A DNA stretch of 64,000 nucleotides from Candidatus Levyibacteriota bacterium (lineage in GTDB: Bacteria; Patescibacteriota; Microgenomatia; Levybacterales; UBA12049): positions 3,411 through 67,410 of the forward strand of contig DAIDHK010000001.1 of assembly GCA_027459725.1 (NCBI GenBank), given 5' to 3'. Both the position numbers and the translations under genes were made by a program. The notes beneath the pieces are model-generated. The model did not search any database. It was not told the origin of the DNA and saw only the letters and a program-made list of their open reading frames with translations. How positions within the stretch are numbered: position 1 is the stretch's first letter; each line of letters opens with the position of its first letter. Below are positions 29,633 through 39,784 of this stretch, piece after piece.

Positions 29633-30268
29633 ATGGATAATAACCCGTATAAACTTGCCATAAGTCCTGATGATCCCTCCTGGCCAAAAATGATACAAAC
29701 CACCCAAATTCCCGGTATTCTGATTTATGAACGTCAGACATTTCCAGATGAGAGAGGGTTTTTCCGCGAAGTTGTTGAGGTAAGGGACCTGGAAAAAGTA
29801 CTGGGTAAAAAAATTTCGACCGTTCAATGGAACCACGCCAGTTCTCATCCGCGTGTCATAAGAGGATTTCATGCAGAACCCTGGGAAAAAATGATTTATG
29901 TTGTAAAAGGAGAAGTTATGGCGGTACTTGTTGATTTTCGCACTGATTCACCCACCTTTGGTAAGGCCATAAAAATTATCATGGATGATAAATCTCACAA
30001 AACCATCTACCTACCCCTGGGAATCGGTAATTCATATTGTAATTTGGGTAATGAAGACTGTGAATATATGTATTTAGTCACCGATTATTATGCAGATAAA
30101 CCTACCCCTTCAGTTAATTTAGAAGATCCTCTTTTAGTAAGACAATTCGGCGGCTGGCCTGTAGAAAATCCAATCATTAGTGAAAAAGATAAACAGAACC
30201 CAATGTTTAAAGAAAAATTTGCTGGACAAATAGATTTTTCCCAATTTATCTGGCTTAATGAAGCATAG
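29633..30268 (+). CDS. rmlC: dTDP-4-dehydrorhamnose 3,5-epimerase
   Basis: FPDERGFF, RGFHAEPW, DFRTDSPTFG, SEKD. Confidence 0.92.
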   Translation: MDNNPYKLAISPDDPSWPKMIQTTQIPGILIYERQTFPDERGFFREVVEVRDLEKVLGKKISTVQWNHASSHPRVIRGFHAEPWEKMIYVVKGEVMAVLVDFRTDSPTFGKAIKIIMDDKSHKTIYLPLGIGNSYCNLGNEDCEYMYLVTDYYADKPTPSVNLEDPLLVRQFGGWPVENPIISEKDKQNPMFKEKFAGQIDFSQFIWLNEA

Positions 30269-30298
30269 AAAATCTAGCTAGCGGTGATCACTATTCTT

Positions 30299-31015
30299 CT
30301 AACTTTTTTTGGCTTTCTCGGCCATATAGTTATTAACCCTAAGTAAACTATCAAATGTTCCGGCATCTTCCCAAATTCCTCTCACAAACTCCACTTTTAA
30401 GTTTCCACTCATGCGATACTGATTTACTACATCTACAATTTCAATTTCTCCTCTGCCCGAAGGTCGTACGTTCTTGGCAAAACTCGATACATTATTATCG
30501 AATATATACATACCTACCTGCGCGTATTCGCTTTTAGGATGTTCGGGTTTTTCCTCAATCGACAATACTTTATTATTACCATCAAACTCTATAATGCCAT
30601 AGCGCTGGGGATCAGGAACTTTTTTAGCAAAAACCATTGCTCCTGATTTAAAATTATTGATATAAGTAGTAAAATCATCATCAAAAATATTATCTCCAAG
30701 AATCATCGTGACATTATCCTCCCCGATAAACTTTTCCCCCACTATAAACGCATCAGCCAACCCTCTAGGTTCTTCCTGTATCTCATAAGTGAATCTGGCT
30801 CCAAACTCCCTGCCGCTGCCTAATAAATTCAAAAAATGTCCTGAGTAATCCGGAGCAATAATTATTAAAATATCTTTTACTCCTGCGTTGATCAGAGTTT
30901 CCAGAGGATAAAAGATCATTGGTTTATTATAAACAGGCAATAGCTGTTTTGAGGTTATCTTTGTCAGAGGTCTTAATCTTGTGGCTCTTCCTCCAGCTAG
31001 TACAATTCCTTTCAT
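30299..31015 (-). CDS. rmlA: Glucose-1-phosphate thymidylyltransferase (short form)
   Basis: KGIVLAGG..TRL.PLT...SKQLLPVYNKPMI, LGDN, EKP, RGEIEI, W.DAGT. Confidence 0.93.
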   Translation of the reverse strand: MKGIVLAGGRATRLRPLTKITSKQLLPVYNKPMIFYPLETLINAGVKDILIIIAPDYSGHFLNLLGSGREFGARFTYEIQEEPRGLADAFIVGEKFIGEDNVTMILGDNIFDDDFTTYINNFKSGAMVFAKKVPDPQRYGIIEFDGNNKVLSIEEKPEHPKSEYAQVGMYIFDNNVSSFAKNVRPSGRGEIEIVDVVNQYRMSGNLKVEFVRGIWEDAGTFDSLLRVNNYMAEKAKKS

Positions 31016-31136
31016 AGACTAATAGGCTTATTCTAACACATTCTATATAACGCTGCATTAAATGACTGCTAAGTCCCCAAATTTATGCCTAAAGTTATTT
31101 GCATTATAAAATCTTTTATGAGAGACTAGGATCATA

Positions 31137-32063
31137 ATGACAGCTGAACTATCAATTATTATTCTTAACTATAATACTCGGGATATAACTATTCAGGCAA
31201 TCGAATCTATCGTAAAAAACTATACCAAAGAAGCAGCAAGCGGATTATATGAAGTCATTGTAACTGATAATGCTTCCACAGACGGTTCACTGGAGGCTTT
31301 CAGACAATACAAAAAAAAGACCGCAATTAAAACTTTTCATGTGGTTGATAATGGCGGTAATATCGGTTTTTCAGCGGGGAATAATAGAGGTATACCTTTT
31401 GCTAAGGGGAAATATATTCTGTTTTTAAATCCGGATACCATTTCCCACCCCAAAACTCTTTCCTACATGCTCGAATTTATGAATGCTCACCCGGAGGCTG
31501 GCGCTGCTTCATGTAAGCTAGTTAATAAGGATGGTAAACTTGATTTTAACTGTCACCGTGGTTTTCCCAACCCCTGGAATTCATTTTGTTATTTTTCCGG
31601 ACTACAGCGAATGTTTCCCAAAAGCAGGATGTTTGCCGGATATACCCTGGGCTGGAAAGATTTAAATACCACTCATGAGGTTGACGCTGTAGAAGGAGCT
31701 TTTTTACTTGTACCACGAAAAGTCGGCGAAGAAGTGGGCTGGTGGGATGAGGATTACTTTTTTAACGGCGAAGATTTACAGTTTTGCTTTGATATCAAAA
31801 AGCTTGGTTACAAAATCTACTATGTAGGAGAAGTAAGTACTATGCATATAGGAGGCGCTGCCAGCGGAATCAAAAAAAGCGGTGCTGTAATCACAACCGC
31901 AAACATTGAGACAAAACGAAAAGTCCAGGGCTGGCGTTTTGATGCAATGAGAAAATTCTACTGCAAAAATTATGCTAAGTCATATCCGGGTATAGTTAAC
32001 TGGATGGTATTAAGAGGTATTAATTATTTATACAAAAAAAATCTACCCCAGACCACCGTATAA
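31137..32063 (+). CDS. GT2 glycosyltransferase (rhamnosyltransferase-like)
   Basis: IIILNYN, DNASTDGS, NIGFSAGNN, FLNPD, DEDYF..GED. Confidence 0.9.
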   Translation: MTAELSIIILNYNTRDITIQAIESIVKNYTKEAASGLYEVIVTDNASTDGSLEAFRQYKKKTAIKTFHVVDNGGNIGFSAGNNRGIPFAKGKYILFLNPDTISHPKTLSYMLEFMNAHPEAGAASCKLVNKDGKLDFNCHRGFPNPWNSFCYFSGLQRMFPKSRMFAGYTLGWKDLNTTHEVDAVEGAFLLVPRKVGEEVGWWDEDYFFNGEDLQFCFDIKKLGYKIYYVGEVSTMHIGGAASGIKKSGAVITTANIETKRKVQGWRFDAMRKFYCKNYAKSYPGIVNWMVLRGINYLYKKNLPQTTV

Positions 32064-32089
32064 TTTATAAACTGATAATCCATTAACAG

Positions 32090-32383
32090 TTAAGACTGGA
32101 GCTGAAACATAAAAAAAGCAATACTACTGCCCAGAAAACCCATCAGAATATATTCAAGAACAATTTCAGGATGTAAATCATGATTTAGATAATGATGCAG
32201 ACAGGCCCAGATAACATAAACAATGCTAGTGGATATCACAATTAACATTTGTGTAGAAATATGCGGAGCTGCCAGGTATACCATATAGTAGCTGGACAAT
32301 TGTAAAAGCACCAGAGAAATATAATATAAGAAATGCTGTCTGATATGCGGATGTATAAAACCATTTAAGGTGCTTCTGATCAT
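32090..32383 (-). CDS. Small three-TM membrane protein
   Basis: YVIWACLHH...IVLEY pattern; overlaps the CAP gene stop by 4 nt. Confidence 0.7.
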   Translation of the reverse strand: MIRSTLNGFIHPHIRQHFLYYISLVLLQLSSYYMVYLAAPHISTQMLIVISTSIVYVIWACLHHYLNHDLHPEIVLEYILMGFLGSSIAFFMFQLQS

Positions 32384-33345
32384 AATGTCACTCCTCTGCC
32401 CAAAACAAATATTATTAATAATAATATCATACCTAAAAAGAGAAGATGATCTACATTGTGAGCAACAAAACGTACTACCTGTTTTCTTTCCAGAAAAATC
32501 AGATCTAAAATTAGAGCAAGCATCAAAACTATGATCACTACTACTGCCAAATTTTTACTGAAACTCGCGCTATCTATGAGGGGCTTAGAATCCGAAGAAG
32601 TCAGATTTGAAATAACTTTCTGCTGTGTTACACCCCCTACCACTTTTACGGTTGAAGTAGGTGATAACATGATGCTGGGAGTGACTGTACCAGGTATCGG
32701 ACTTACTGAAGGAGCCAAAGCTAACTGAGCAACTGAGCTATTAGCAGAGAGCGTATTCTGTGAGACAGAAGACACCTGACTGCCAAACATTTCAACTACC
32801 AGAACAGTATCTTCTCCGGTTAAATTACCTTCCTCAACGGCATAACCGATATCTTTATAATTAGGCGATAAAATATTTGCCCGATGCTCCGGACTATTCA
32901 TCCAGGCAGTCTCCAGACTCGGAACATCAACAAAACCTCTGGCTAAATTCTGCCCTGCATACAGATAGTTATACCCCGCCTGATTAATAAAATACCAGGG
33001 TGATGTACCATCCGGCGCAAAATGCGCCCAGTAATCTTCCTTAAACATATAGGCCGCATTTGCGACTGCGGCATTGGTGAGTTTTTGATTTAACACCAAA
33101 GGCGCCAGACCATGGGCCGTTCGATCCTGATTAGTAGCGACTAATAACTGGTTGATGGGAATACTGTAAGAAATCCCCAGAACACTTTTATGCGAGTTTT
33201 TTAACGGCGGCAAAATTAGCCCCAACCCAATAAACAGAAGAATCAGAATAAAGAGTGAAGAATGGTGTAGTATTTTAGCTCTATGATTATTCGACTGGTG
33301 AGGTAGTAACCAGTGACGAAAATAGCGGTGGAGGAATTTATGCAT
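32380..33345 (-). CDS. Membrane-anchored CAP/SCP-domain protein
   Basis: TNQDR..HGLAPL, YWAH, AGQNLA, AWMNSPEHRANIL. Confidence 0.9.
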   Translation of the reverse strand: MHKFLHRYFRHWLLPHQSNNHRAKILHHSSLFILILLFIGLGLILPPLKNSHKSVLGISYSIPINQLLVATNQDRTAHGLAPLVLNQKLTNAAVANAAYMFKEDYWAHFAPDGTSPWYFINQAGYNYLYAGQNLARGFVDVPSLETAWMNSPEHRANILSPNYKDIGYAVEEGNLTGEDTVLVVEMFGSQVSSVSQNTLSANSSVAQLALAPSVSPIPGTVTPSIMLSPTSTVKVVGGVTQQKVISNLTSSDSKPLIDSASFSKNLAVVVIIVLMLALILDLIFLERKQVVRFVAHNVDHLLFLGMILLLIIFVLGRGVTL

Positions 33346-33389
33346 ATATCAACTATATACTAACTACGTGAAAATTTTCAATCTATAAC

Positions 33390-34436
33390 TTATGCATATT
33401 TCTTTAATAAGCTAAGCGTGGCATTTTCTGCCCGGGAAAGTAAATTCTTTCCTTTGTCTTCCTGTGCAAACGTCTCCTCGAAATGAGGGATAAGTAAACC
33501 CTTTTCATAAGTTTCAATTATTGCAGGATGTATGTAATAACTGCGGCAAACCTTGACAGTGTTATGTAAATGTTTGGCTGCTTTTTTTACTGCTAATGTG
33601 ACGTTTTTCTTCCTTTCCTCATTGTTTCCACCTAATCCGGTTTCAAATAAAGTAGTAGCAGAAAGAGTGGTAGCTCCCCAGGTACGAAAATCTTTGGCTG
33701 TGATATCCAGATTTGTAATGTACTGTAAATACTGATTAACATCCGCTGAATCAATCGTGTGCCTGTTTCCATTATCATCCACATACTGAAATAATTCATA
33801 TCCCGGCAGCTCAAAGCACTCTTTTATAATTTTGACAATTCTGGGATGTGATATTTTGACAGAATGCTGCACTTTGCTTTTACCCATAAATTCAAAAGTA
33901 ATATTTTTTTTACCAATATGAACATGTTTGTTACGAAGTGTGGTAAGACCAAATGAATTATTTTCTTTTACATACTCATCATTTCCGATTCTGATCATAG
34001 TAGCGCCTAATAACCATACCACGGCAGCAATTACTTTATTTCTCTCCAATGATCCGTCCGATAAGTCTGCTTGTACTCTTCTACGGATTTTAGACAATAC
34101 CTCAGCAAATTCGATAATTTTATTGAATTTTTTTTCCTGTGAAAGTTTAGTCCATTCTTCGTGATAAATGTATTGCTTACGGTTTTTATCGTCATATCCG
34201 GTAGCCTGCAAATACCCAGAAGGAGAGGAACAAATCCAAACCTTATTCCAGGCCGGAGGAATAGTCAATTTTTTAATTCTCTCCAAAATCTGCTCACTGG
34301 TTATACGACTATCCTTAGCATCAAAATAGACAAACGTATCTCCCTGATTTTTACGTCTTATACCCTGTTTGCTGTCAGATACAAAACGGAGATCAACTTT
34401 TTTCAGTTCTTTAACTAAATCTGTAGCAGCATTCAT
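33390..34436 (-). CDS. DNA topoisomerase IB (bacterial/poxvirus-type)
   Basis: IPPAW..VWI, LQATG.D.K.RKQYIYH, RIGN..Y, FGLTTL, GKS, KDFRTW, NT..VCRSYYIHP. Confidence 0.93.
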   Translation of the reverse strand: MNAATDLVKELKKVDLRFVSDSKQGIRRKNQGDTFVYFDAKDSRITSEQILERIKKLTIPPAWNKVWICSSPSGYLQATGYDDKNRKQYIYHEEWTKLSQEKKFNKIIEFAEVLSKIRRRVQADLSDGSLERNKVIAAVVWLLGATMIRIGNDEYVKENNSFGLTTLRNKHVHIGKKNITFEFMGKSKVQHSVKISHPRIVKIIKECFELPGYELFQYVDDNGNRHTIDSADVNQYLQYITNLDITAKDFRTWGATTLSATTLFETGLGGNNEERKKNVTLAVKKAAKHLHNTVKVCRSYYIHPAIIETYEKGLLIPHFEETFAQEDKGKNLLSRAENATLSLLKKYA

Positions 34437-34461
34437 GCGTGTAGATATAATAACATACAAT

Positions 34462-34776
34462 TTACTGGTAAAGAGGTTCTACTAATTGACCAGGGGACTG
34501 ATGATTAAGAGGAATGTTTAAGATAGCACCCAAGGTATTGGCGATTGCTACTCCGACCCGCACTCCAGTGAATGAACCCGGACCGGGATTGACTTCAATT
34601 TCAGTCAGATCTTTTAAACTTAAATTATGTTTATGCAGTAATTCTTCAAGCAATGGTAAAACAATCTGGGCTTTTTTCTTATCATGAGATTCTTCACACA
34701 TATCCACTTTCCCGTTGATTTCTAGTCCGACTTTAATCAATTCATTACTTGTAGTATCAATAAAAAGTTTCACCAT
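34462..34776 (-). CDS. tsaB: tRNA t6A biosynthesis protein TsaB (short form)
   Basis: LFIDT, GPGSFTGVRVG..IAN, EPLY; about 104 aa from ATG 34776. Confidence 0.85.
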   Translation of the reverse strand: MVKLFIDTTSNELIKVGLEINGKVDMCEESHDKKKAQIVLPLLEELLHKHNLSLKDLTEIEVNPGPGSFTGVRVGVAIANTLGAILNIPLNHQSPGQLVEPLYQ

Positions 34777-34995
34777 AGTTGAATTATAACATTTCAATAT
34801 ACTATTATCCCCCTTGTATGCCTGCACACTAGGAGCTATTTATAAAATGTACGCCCGGAGAAACACTAAGGGATGTAAATAGACTAGCCAGAAGTCTATG
34901 AGCTCATGCCCAAAACCTAAATCCAATAGACCAGAAACTACCTGCAATAAATTGTTTACAAAAATCAGCAGCAATTAAAATAATACTCTAATTCT

Positions 34996-35586
34996 CTATT
35001 GTATTAGAATTCCACCTTGACGTAAAATTCTCCAGGGCTTTACTGTACAATCAATTACAGTCGAAGTAATTTTATTATCTTTAGTTTTTCCGGGTACTAC
35101 AAGATCAACTAACTTAACTAATTGCGGATCAAGTGAATCAAACAGATAAGGTGTAGGTTCACCTGCAAAGTTAGCTGAACAGCCTACAACACCTTCCCCT
35201 ACCTGATGAATAATTTCAAGTATAACTTCATTATCAGGCACTCTCACACCTACGGTTTCACCGCCGCCTCTGACTAATATAGGTACTTCCTCCTTATTAC
35301 ACTTTAAAACAATCGTCAAAGCACCCGGCCAATACCTGTCTATTAATCTTTCTTTAACCTCATTATCAATCTCTCCTACATAACGCTTCGCCATCTCAGG
35401 TGATCCAACTAGGACAGGTACCGCTTTAGTGTCAGATCTACGACGTAATTTAAATAATTTCTGCACCGTCTCTTTAGCACTCAAAACACATCCTATGCCA
35501 AAGGCTGTATCAGTAGGATAGATAATTATCCCTTTATTTTTTAAAACCTTAACTGCTTTTTCTATATTCTCTTGTCTATTCGGCAT
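34996..35586 (-). CDS. tsaC: L-threonylcarbamoyladenylate synthase (YrdC/TsaC)
   Basis: YPTDTAFGIGC, WPGALT, VGVRVP, SAN, STVID. Confidence 0.92.
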   Translation of the reverse strand: MPNRQENIEKAVKVLKNKGIIIYPTDTAFGIGCVLSAKETVQKLFKLRRRSDTKAVPVLVGSPEMAKRYVGEIDNEVKERLIDRYWPGALTIVLKCNKEEVPILVRGGGETVGVRVPDNEVILEIIHQVGEGVVGCSANFAGEPTPYLFDSLDPQLVKLVDLVVPGKTKDNKITSTVIDCTVKPWRILRQGGILIQ

Positions 35587-35610
35587 AAGTAAATATTAAA
35601 TCGTAATAAA

Positions 35611-36051
35611 TTAGATCTTGTTAATAAATACTTCTCTTTCATTCTCACTTAAATATTTAAGCTGTATATCAATTCTTTTTTCAGGCAGTAAACTTTCCAT
35701 TTTCTCAGGCCATTCTATGATGACAATACTCTCACTATCAGCTAAGACTTCCAACAAACCCGTACTCTCAATAGCTTTATCAGTATCAAGACGGTATAAA
35801 TCAACATGATAAAAATACTTTAAGTCACCCTTGATCTCTGGCAGATCATACTTTCTCATTATGATAAACGTAGGAGAAATAATTTTCTGCTTTATACCTA
35901 AAACACGGGCCAATCCCTGAGTAAAAGTTGTTTTACCTGCCCCCAGTTCCCCGCGTAATGTTATAACAGCCGGTCCCTTCAGGCTAAGCGCCAAATCTCC
36001 CGCAACTTTTTGTGTTTCTTCACGACTATGAGTAATAATTCCTGATGTCAT
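35611..36051 (-). CDS. tsaE: tRNA t6A ATPase TsaE
   Basis: GELGAGKTTF, SPTF, HVDLYRL, IEW. Confidence 0.95.
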   Translation of the reverse strand: MTSGIITHSREETQKVAGDLALSLKGPAVITLRGELGAGKTTFTQGLARVLGIKQKIISPTFIIMRKYDLPEIKGDLKYFYHVDLYRLDTDKAIESTGLLEVLADSESIVIIEWPEKMESLLPEKRIDIQLKYLSENEREVFINKI

Positions 36052-36163
36052 ACTAGGCCCGAGAATTATACCTCAATTATTAACAGAATAAAAATTGCTC
36101 TCTTCCTTAACTGTATTTTTTTGCTGAGCAAAAGTTGATTTAATAAATCAGCAGGATAATAAA

Positions 36164-37399
36164 TTAGGACACCGAAACAGCGTCAACTTCAAAAATCATA
36201 TCCATAGAATAATGATCGGTAAAAGAAATATCATGACCATTTGGAATATACGGATCATTCATAATGTAATTACCATTTGAACCGCTGACTAATACGACAA
36301 AATGAGTATCGCCAGAAGCATAGCGGATGCCGACAATAACCGGATTACCACTCGCAAGATGACTGTCAATAATTGTACTGGTTCTTGTTGCGGTTTTTCC
36401 GCCGGCTGAAACAGTGTATAAAAGATATGCGGGATAATAGGCAGCAAAATTACTCGGATTAGAATCGATATCTATTGGAGTAACATGCACTCCATAATGA
36501 GTCATTACCATTGCCACTGAAGTTAATAAGCAACCATCACTAGCAATAGTATACTGAGTGTGATTCAAAGACATTCCTCCCCACTGGGAATCACGCTGAT
36601 TGTAATAACACCCCCAGCTGTCACAGACAGTCTGACCCGAGAGTAAAGACGCACCTCCCTGGGAACTGGTAAAACTCGAGAAACCGGCCAGCTGAGCCTG
36701 AGCTGCTGCTAAAAGCTTCTGATAATTAGCCTCCTGACCTTGTGTTTCGGTTAAAAGCTGCTGCTTCTGTTGTTTTTGGGAGTCTAACTGATCACTATAC
36801 TGCTGCAACTGTGTCTGCAATGCGACTACTTTCTGTTTTTCTACTTCAAATATCTGTTTCTGATTAGCATAATCATTCTGTGCTTGCTGCGTGTCATAAA
36901 TAAGTTTTTTATCATGCTCCTGAACTATCTTCATATAACTGGCTCTTTCAATCAGATCGTTCAGGTTACTAGAAGCTAAAATAGCCTGGGTCTGTTCCAT
37001 ATTACCAGCTTCATAGGTTGCTACAATTCTTTGCAAAAGTACTTTGGTAATATTAGCTAATGATGATTGTAGTGTATTGACCTTTGTTGTAGCCACTTGA
37101 ATGTTGGAAGTTAATTCCGAAATCTGCTGTTCAGTCGAACTAATCCTCAATTGGGTTAAAGTGATCTGATTATCCATAACCGAGATAGCCGAAGAAAGTG
37201 TTTTTTCCTGTTCCTGTGTGCCGACAATTTTATTCTGTAAATCGCTTATCTGCTGCTGCAATTGATTATATGCTGACTGATCAGGAGTAGGCGTGGGTCC
37301 CCCGGATGGTGTTGGAGTCGGTGTATCTGCAAGAGCAAAAACAGAAAAATTAAAAGTCAAAGTCGACAAAAGTAATATAAAAATAAAGAAATTTTTCAT
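36164..37399 (-). CDS. Secreted coiled-coil (PcsB/CwlO-like) protein with C39-like peptidase domain
   Basis: Signal peptide, TP-rich linker, long coiled coil, YNQRDSQW...GCLLTSVAMV...HFVV...NDP; downstream of ftsEX. Confidence 0.8.
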   Translation of the reverse strand: MKNFFIFILLLSTLTFNFSVFALADTPTPTPSGGPTPTPDQSAYNQLQQQISDLQNKIVGTQEQEKTLSSAISVMDNQITLTQLRISSTEQQISELTSNIQVATTKVNTLQSSLANITKVLLQRIVATYEAGNMEQTQAILASSNLNDLIERASYMKIVQEHDKKLIYDTQQAQNDYANQKQIFEVEKQKVVALQTQLQQYSDQLDSQKQQKQQLLTETQGQEANYQKLLAAAQAQLAGFSSFTSSQGGASLLSGQTVCDSWGCYYNQRDSQWGGMSLNHTQYTIASDGCLLTSVAMVMTHYGVHVTPIDIDSNPSNFAAYYPAYLLYTVSAGGKTATRTSTIIDSHLASGNPVIVGIRYASGDTHFVVLVSGSNGNYIMNDPYIPNGHDISFTDHYSMDMIFEVDAVSVS

Positions 37400-37481
37400 A
37401 AATTAAAAATATAAGAATAAAGAATTGTAAACTCGGGCAGATATAAATGAAATATTACAGCATAATCCTTTATTCTTAGAT

Positions 37482-38351
37482 TTATTTAAGATATCTGAAC
37501 ACGGCCATGAAACTAGCCACAAAACCCAAAATAATAGCCGTTAAAACTTCTCCGCCAAATAACATTAACAGTAATTCCGGTTGATTAGGGATAAAACCAC
37601 TATTACCTAAAAATGACTTCAGAAAGGGAGCACTGGAATACATGGTAGCTGTCGCCAGACCAAAACCTAAGAGTGTACCAACAAGGCTGTAGATAATTCC
37701 CTCAAAAATAAATGGCCAGCGGATATACCAGTTGGTAGCACTTAAAAGACGCATAATTTCTATTTCCTGCCGCTTATGAGAAACTTTAATACCAATAATT
37801 ATAGTCATTATAAAAATAGCATCCAGGGCCAGAAAAATAATTATTACGATCCCAATTTTACGCAGAGCATTAGTCCATGAGGTCAAATTACTCACAATAT
37901 CCTTGGGTAAAACTACCTGATCAACAATGGGTGAATTGTGTAATGTGGTAGCAATCGGTGATAGATCCTCAATCTGATAAGTTGAGATCTCCAGCGAGGC
38001 GGGAAGTACATCTGCCGTGACCAAATCAAGCAGAATCGGATCACTTTTGTTCTGCTGCTGATATCTGGCCAGAGCTTCCTGTTTGGAAACAAAGGTAATC
38101 TTGCTCACTTTGTTGGTAGCTCTAATCTGTGCTTCCAATGCATCAATCTGGCTTTGTTTGGCGGATTCCTTGAAAAAAGCAGTCACGGAGGGTAACGATT
38201 CAAAATAATTAATAACTCTTGCAGAACTGATCACGATAAAAGCAAAAATCGTGATCACAAAGAATGTCTGCAGCATAATAAAAATTGCTGCAAAAGACTG
38301 ATAAGGTGAACGGCGTATATGGTTCCAGCTAGTTCTTAAGGCTTTACTCAT
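37482..38351 (-). CDS. ftsX: Cell division permease FtsX
   Basis: FVSKQEAL, LPASLEI, EIEIMRLL.AT.WYIRWPF..EG; start ATG 38351. Confidence 0.93.
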   Translation of the reverse strand: MSKALRTSWNHIRRSPYQSFAAIFIMLQTFFVITIFAFIVISSARVINYFESLPSVTAFFKESAKQSQIDALEAQIRATNKVSKITFVSKQEALARYQQQNKSDPILLDLVTADVLPASLEISTYQIEDLSPIATTLHNSPIVDQVVLPKDIVSNLTSWTNALRKIGIVIIIFLALDAIFIMTIIIGIKVSHKRQEIEIMRLLSATNWYIRWPFIFEGIIYSLVGTLLGFGLATATMYSSAPFLKSFLGNSGFIPNQPELLLMLFGGEVLTAIILGFVASFMAVFRYLK

Positions 38352-38444
38352 GGCAGTTTTAATATTATAACAAACAGCTGTAATTGGTAATAGGCAATAG
38401 TAAAATCTTCCATTTACAAAGCCTATTCTCAATATTCTAATTGT

Positions 38445-39122
38445 CTATTCTTTTTTATCTTCCTTGGTATCTTTGATTATCTTCCCTTTTTCCAAGGCTA
38501 TAGTTCGTTTAAGTAAGCTGTTTACGATGTCAGCATTATGTGTAGCCATCACCACTGTTGTACCCAGCTTATTGATATCCTGCAACAACTTTACTATTTC
38601 CCAGCTGGTAGTGGGATCCAGGTTGCCGGTAGGTTCATCGGCCAGCAAAATTTCTGGCCCAAAAACCAGAGCACGGGCAATAGCAGCTCTTTGTAATTCT
38701 CCTCCAGAAAGCTGAATAGGAAACTTCTGTTTTTGTTCATAAATTCCAACCTCCTGTAAAATTTCATCTACTTTTTTTTCTGCAGTCTTACGATCTACAT
38801 CTGCCATCTCAAGCGGAAGAATAATATTCTCAAAAACTGTTCTGTCCATCAACATCTTTAAATCCTGAAAAACTACGCCAATTTTACGTCTGAACTGAGG
38901 AATTTTACCTTTTGCTAGTTTTACGACATCCACATCATTAATCACGATTGAACCTTCAGAGGGTACCATATCACGAATTAAAAGGCGCAAAAAGGTAGTT
39001 TTACCAGACCCGGAAGGACCGATAATAAAAACAAACTCGCCTTTTTCTATCAGCAGATTTATTTCCGATAAGGCAACAGCGCCTGTACCGAATGTTTTGG
39101 TAACGTTTTCTAATTTAATCAT
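38445..39122 (-). CDS. ftsE: Cell division ATP-binding protein FtsE
   Basis: GPSGSGKTT, RRKIGVVFQD, LSGGELQR, ADEPTGNLDP, GTTVVMATH. Confidence 0.93.
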   Translation of the reverse strand: MIKLENVTKTFGTGAVALSEINLLIEKGEFVFIIGPSGSGKTTFLRLLIRDMVPSEGSIVINDVDVVKLAKGKIPQFRRKIGVVFQDLKMLMDRTVFENIILPLEMADVDRKTAEKKVDEILQEVGIYEQKQKFPIQLSGGELQRAAIARALVFGPEILLADEPTGNLDPTTSWEIVKLLQDINKLGTTVVMATHNADIVNSLLKRTIALEKGKIIKDTKEDKKE

Positions 39123-39175
39123 GAAAAAATAAATAGTTACTCAATTTTGAATTTTGAGTTTTTGATTTTGATTTT

Positions 39176-39640
39176 TTATTCTACTAACACTTTTCCTACA
39201 TCCATCAACCATCCAGCGTGTTGTGCTGTTTGCGTAGCTCCCCAAACTTTAACTTTATGGCCGATAAATAAAGAAAGATCAACCACTGATGAAGTGAGGT
39301 AAACATATTGACTGGGACCACCCGGTCTGACTAAGTGAAATTCTCCCTCCCCATCAATTCCGCCATTCTGCAGCGTTCCCTCAGCGGTATCTTTATATGA
39401 AGAAGTATCCGACACACCATAACTTTGTCCAGTTTGTATACTTGACTTGCTGACTCCATTTGTTGTTGATGAAGTTATAGGAGGATTACTTTTAGCAGCT
39501 AATGCATACCCTGATCCCACACCAAGCATAATCATTACCAGAAAGGCGACTATAACCTGCATGGACATTCCCTTGGAAGATAATTTATCTTTACCGGAAA
39601 AACTATGCATTAACTTTTGATCGTGTGTCTCTTTTTCCAT
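39176..39640 (-). CDS. Hypothetical single-TM protein with a small beta-rich C-terminal domain
   Basis: One TM followed by GEFHLVRPGGPSQYVYLTSS...GWLMDVG. Confidence 0.7.
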   Translation of the reverse strand: MEKETHDQKLMHSFSGKDKLSSKGMSMQVIVAFLVMIMLGVGSGYALAAKSNPPITSSTTNGVSKSSIQTGQSYGVSDTSSYKDTAEGTLQNGGIDGEGEFHLVRPGGPSQYVYLTSSVVDLSLFIGHKVKVWGATQTAQHAGWLMDVGKVLVE

Positions 39641-39784
39641 AGCTTTATATACTCTCTAGTAAAACATATTTCCCGCTTTTCTGCAACCAGAAATAATAGA
39701 TATTAATATTCCATCCATCCTTTCTTTTACCAAAAACCCAGTTATTATTTAAAATATAGTTATTTAACAATACGACAAACTCTA

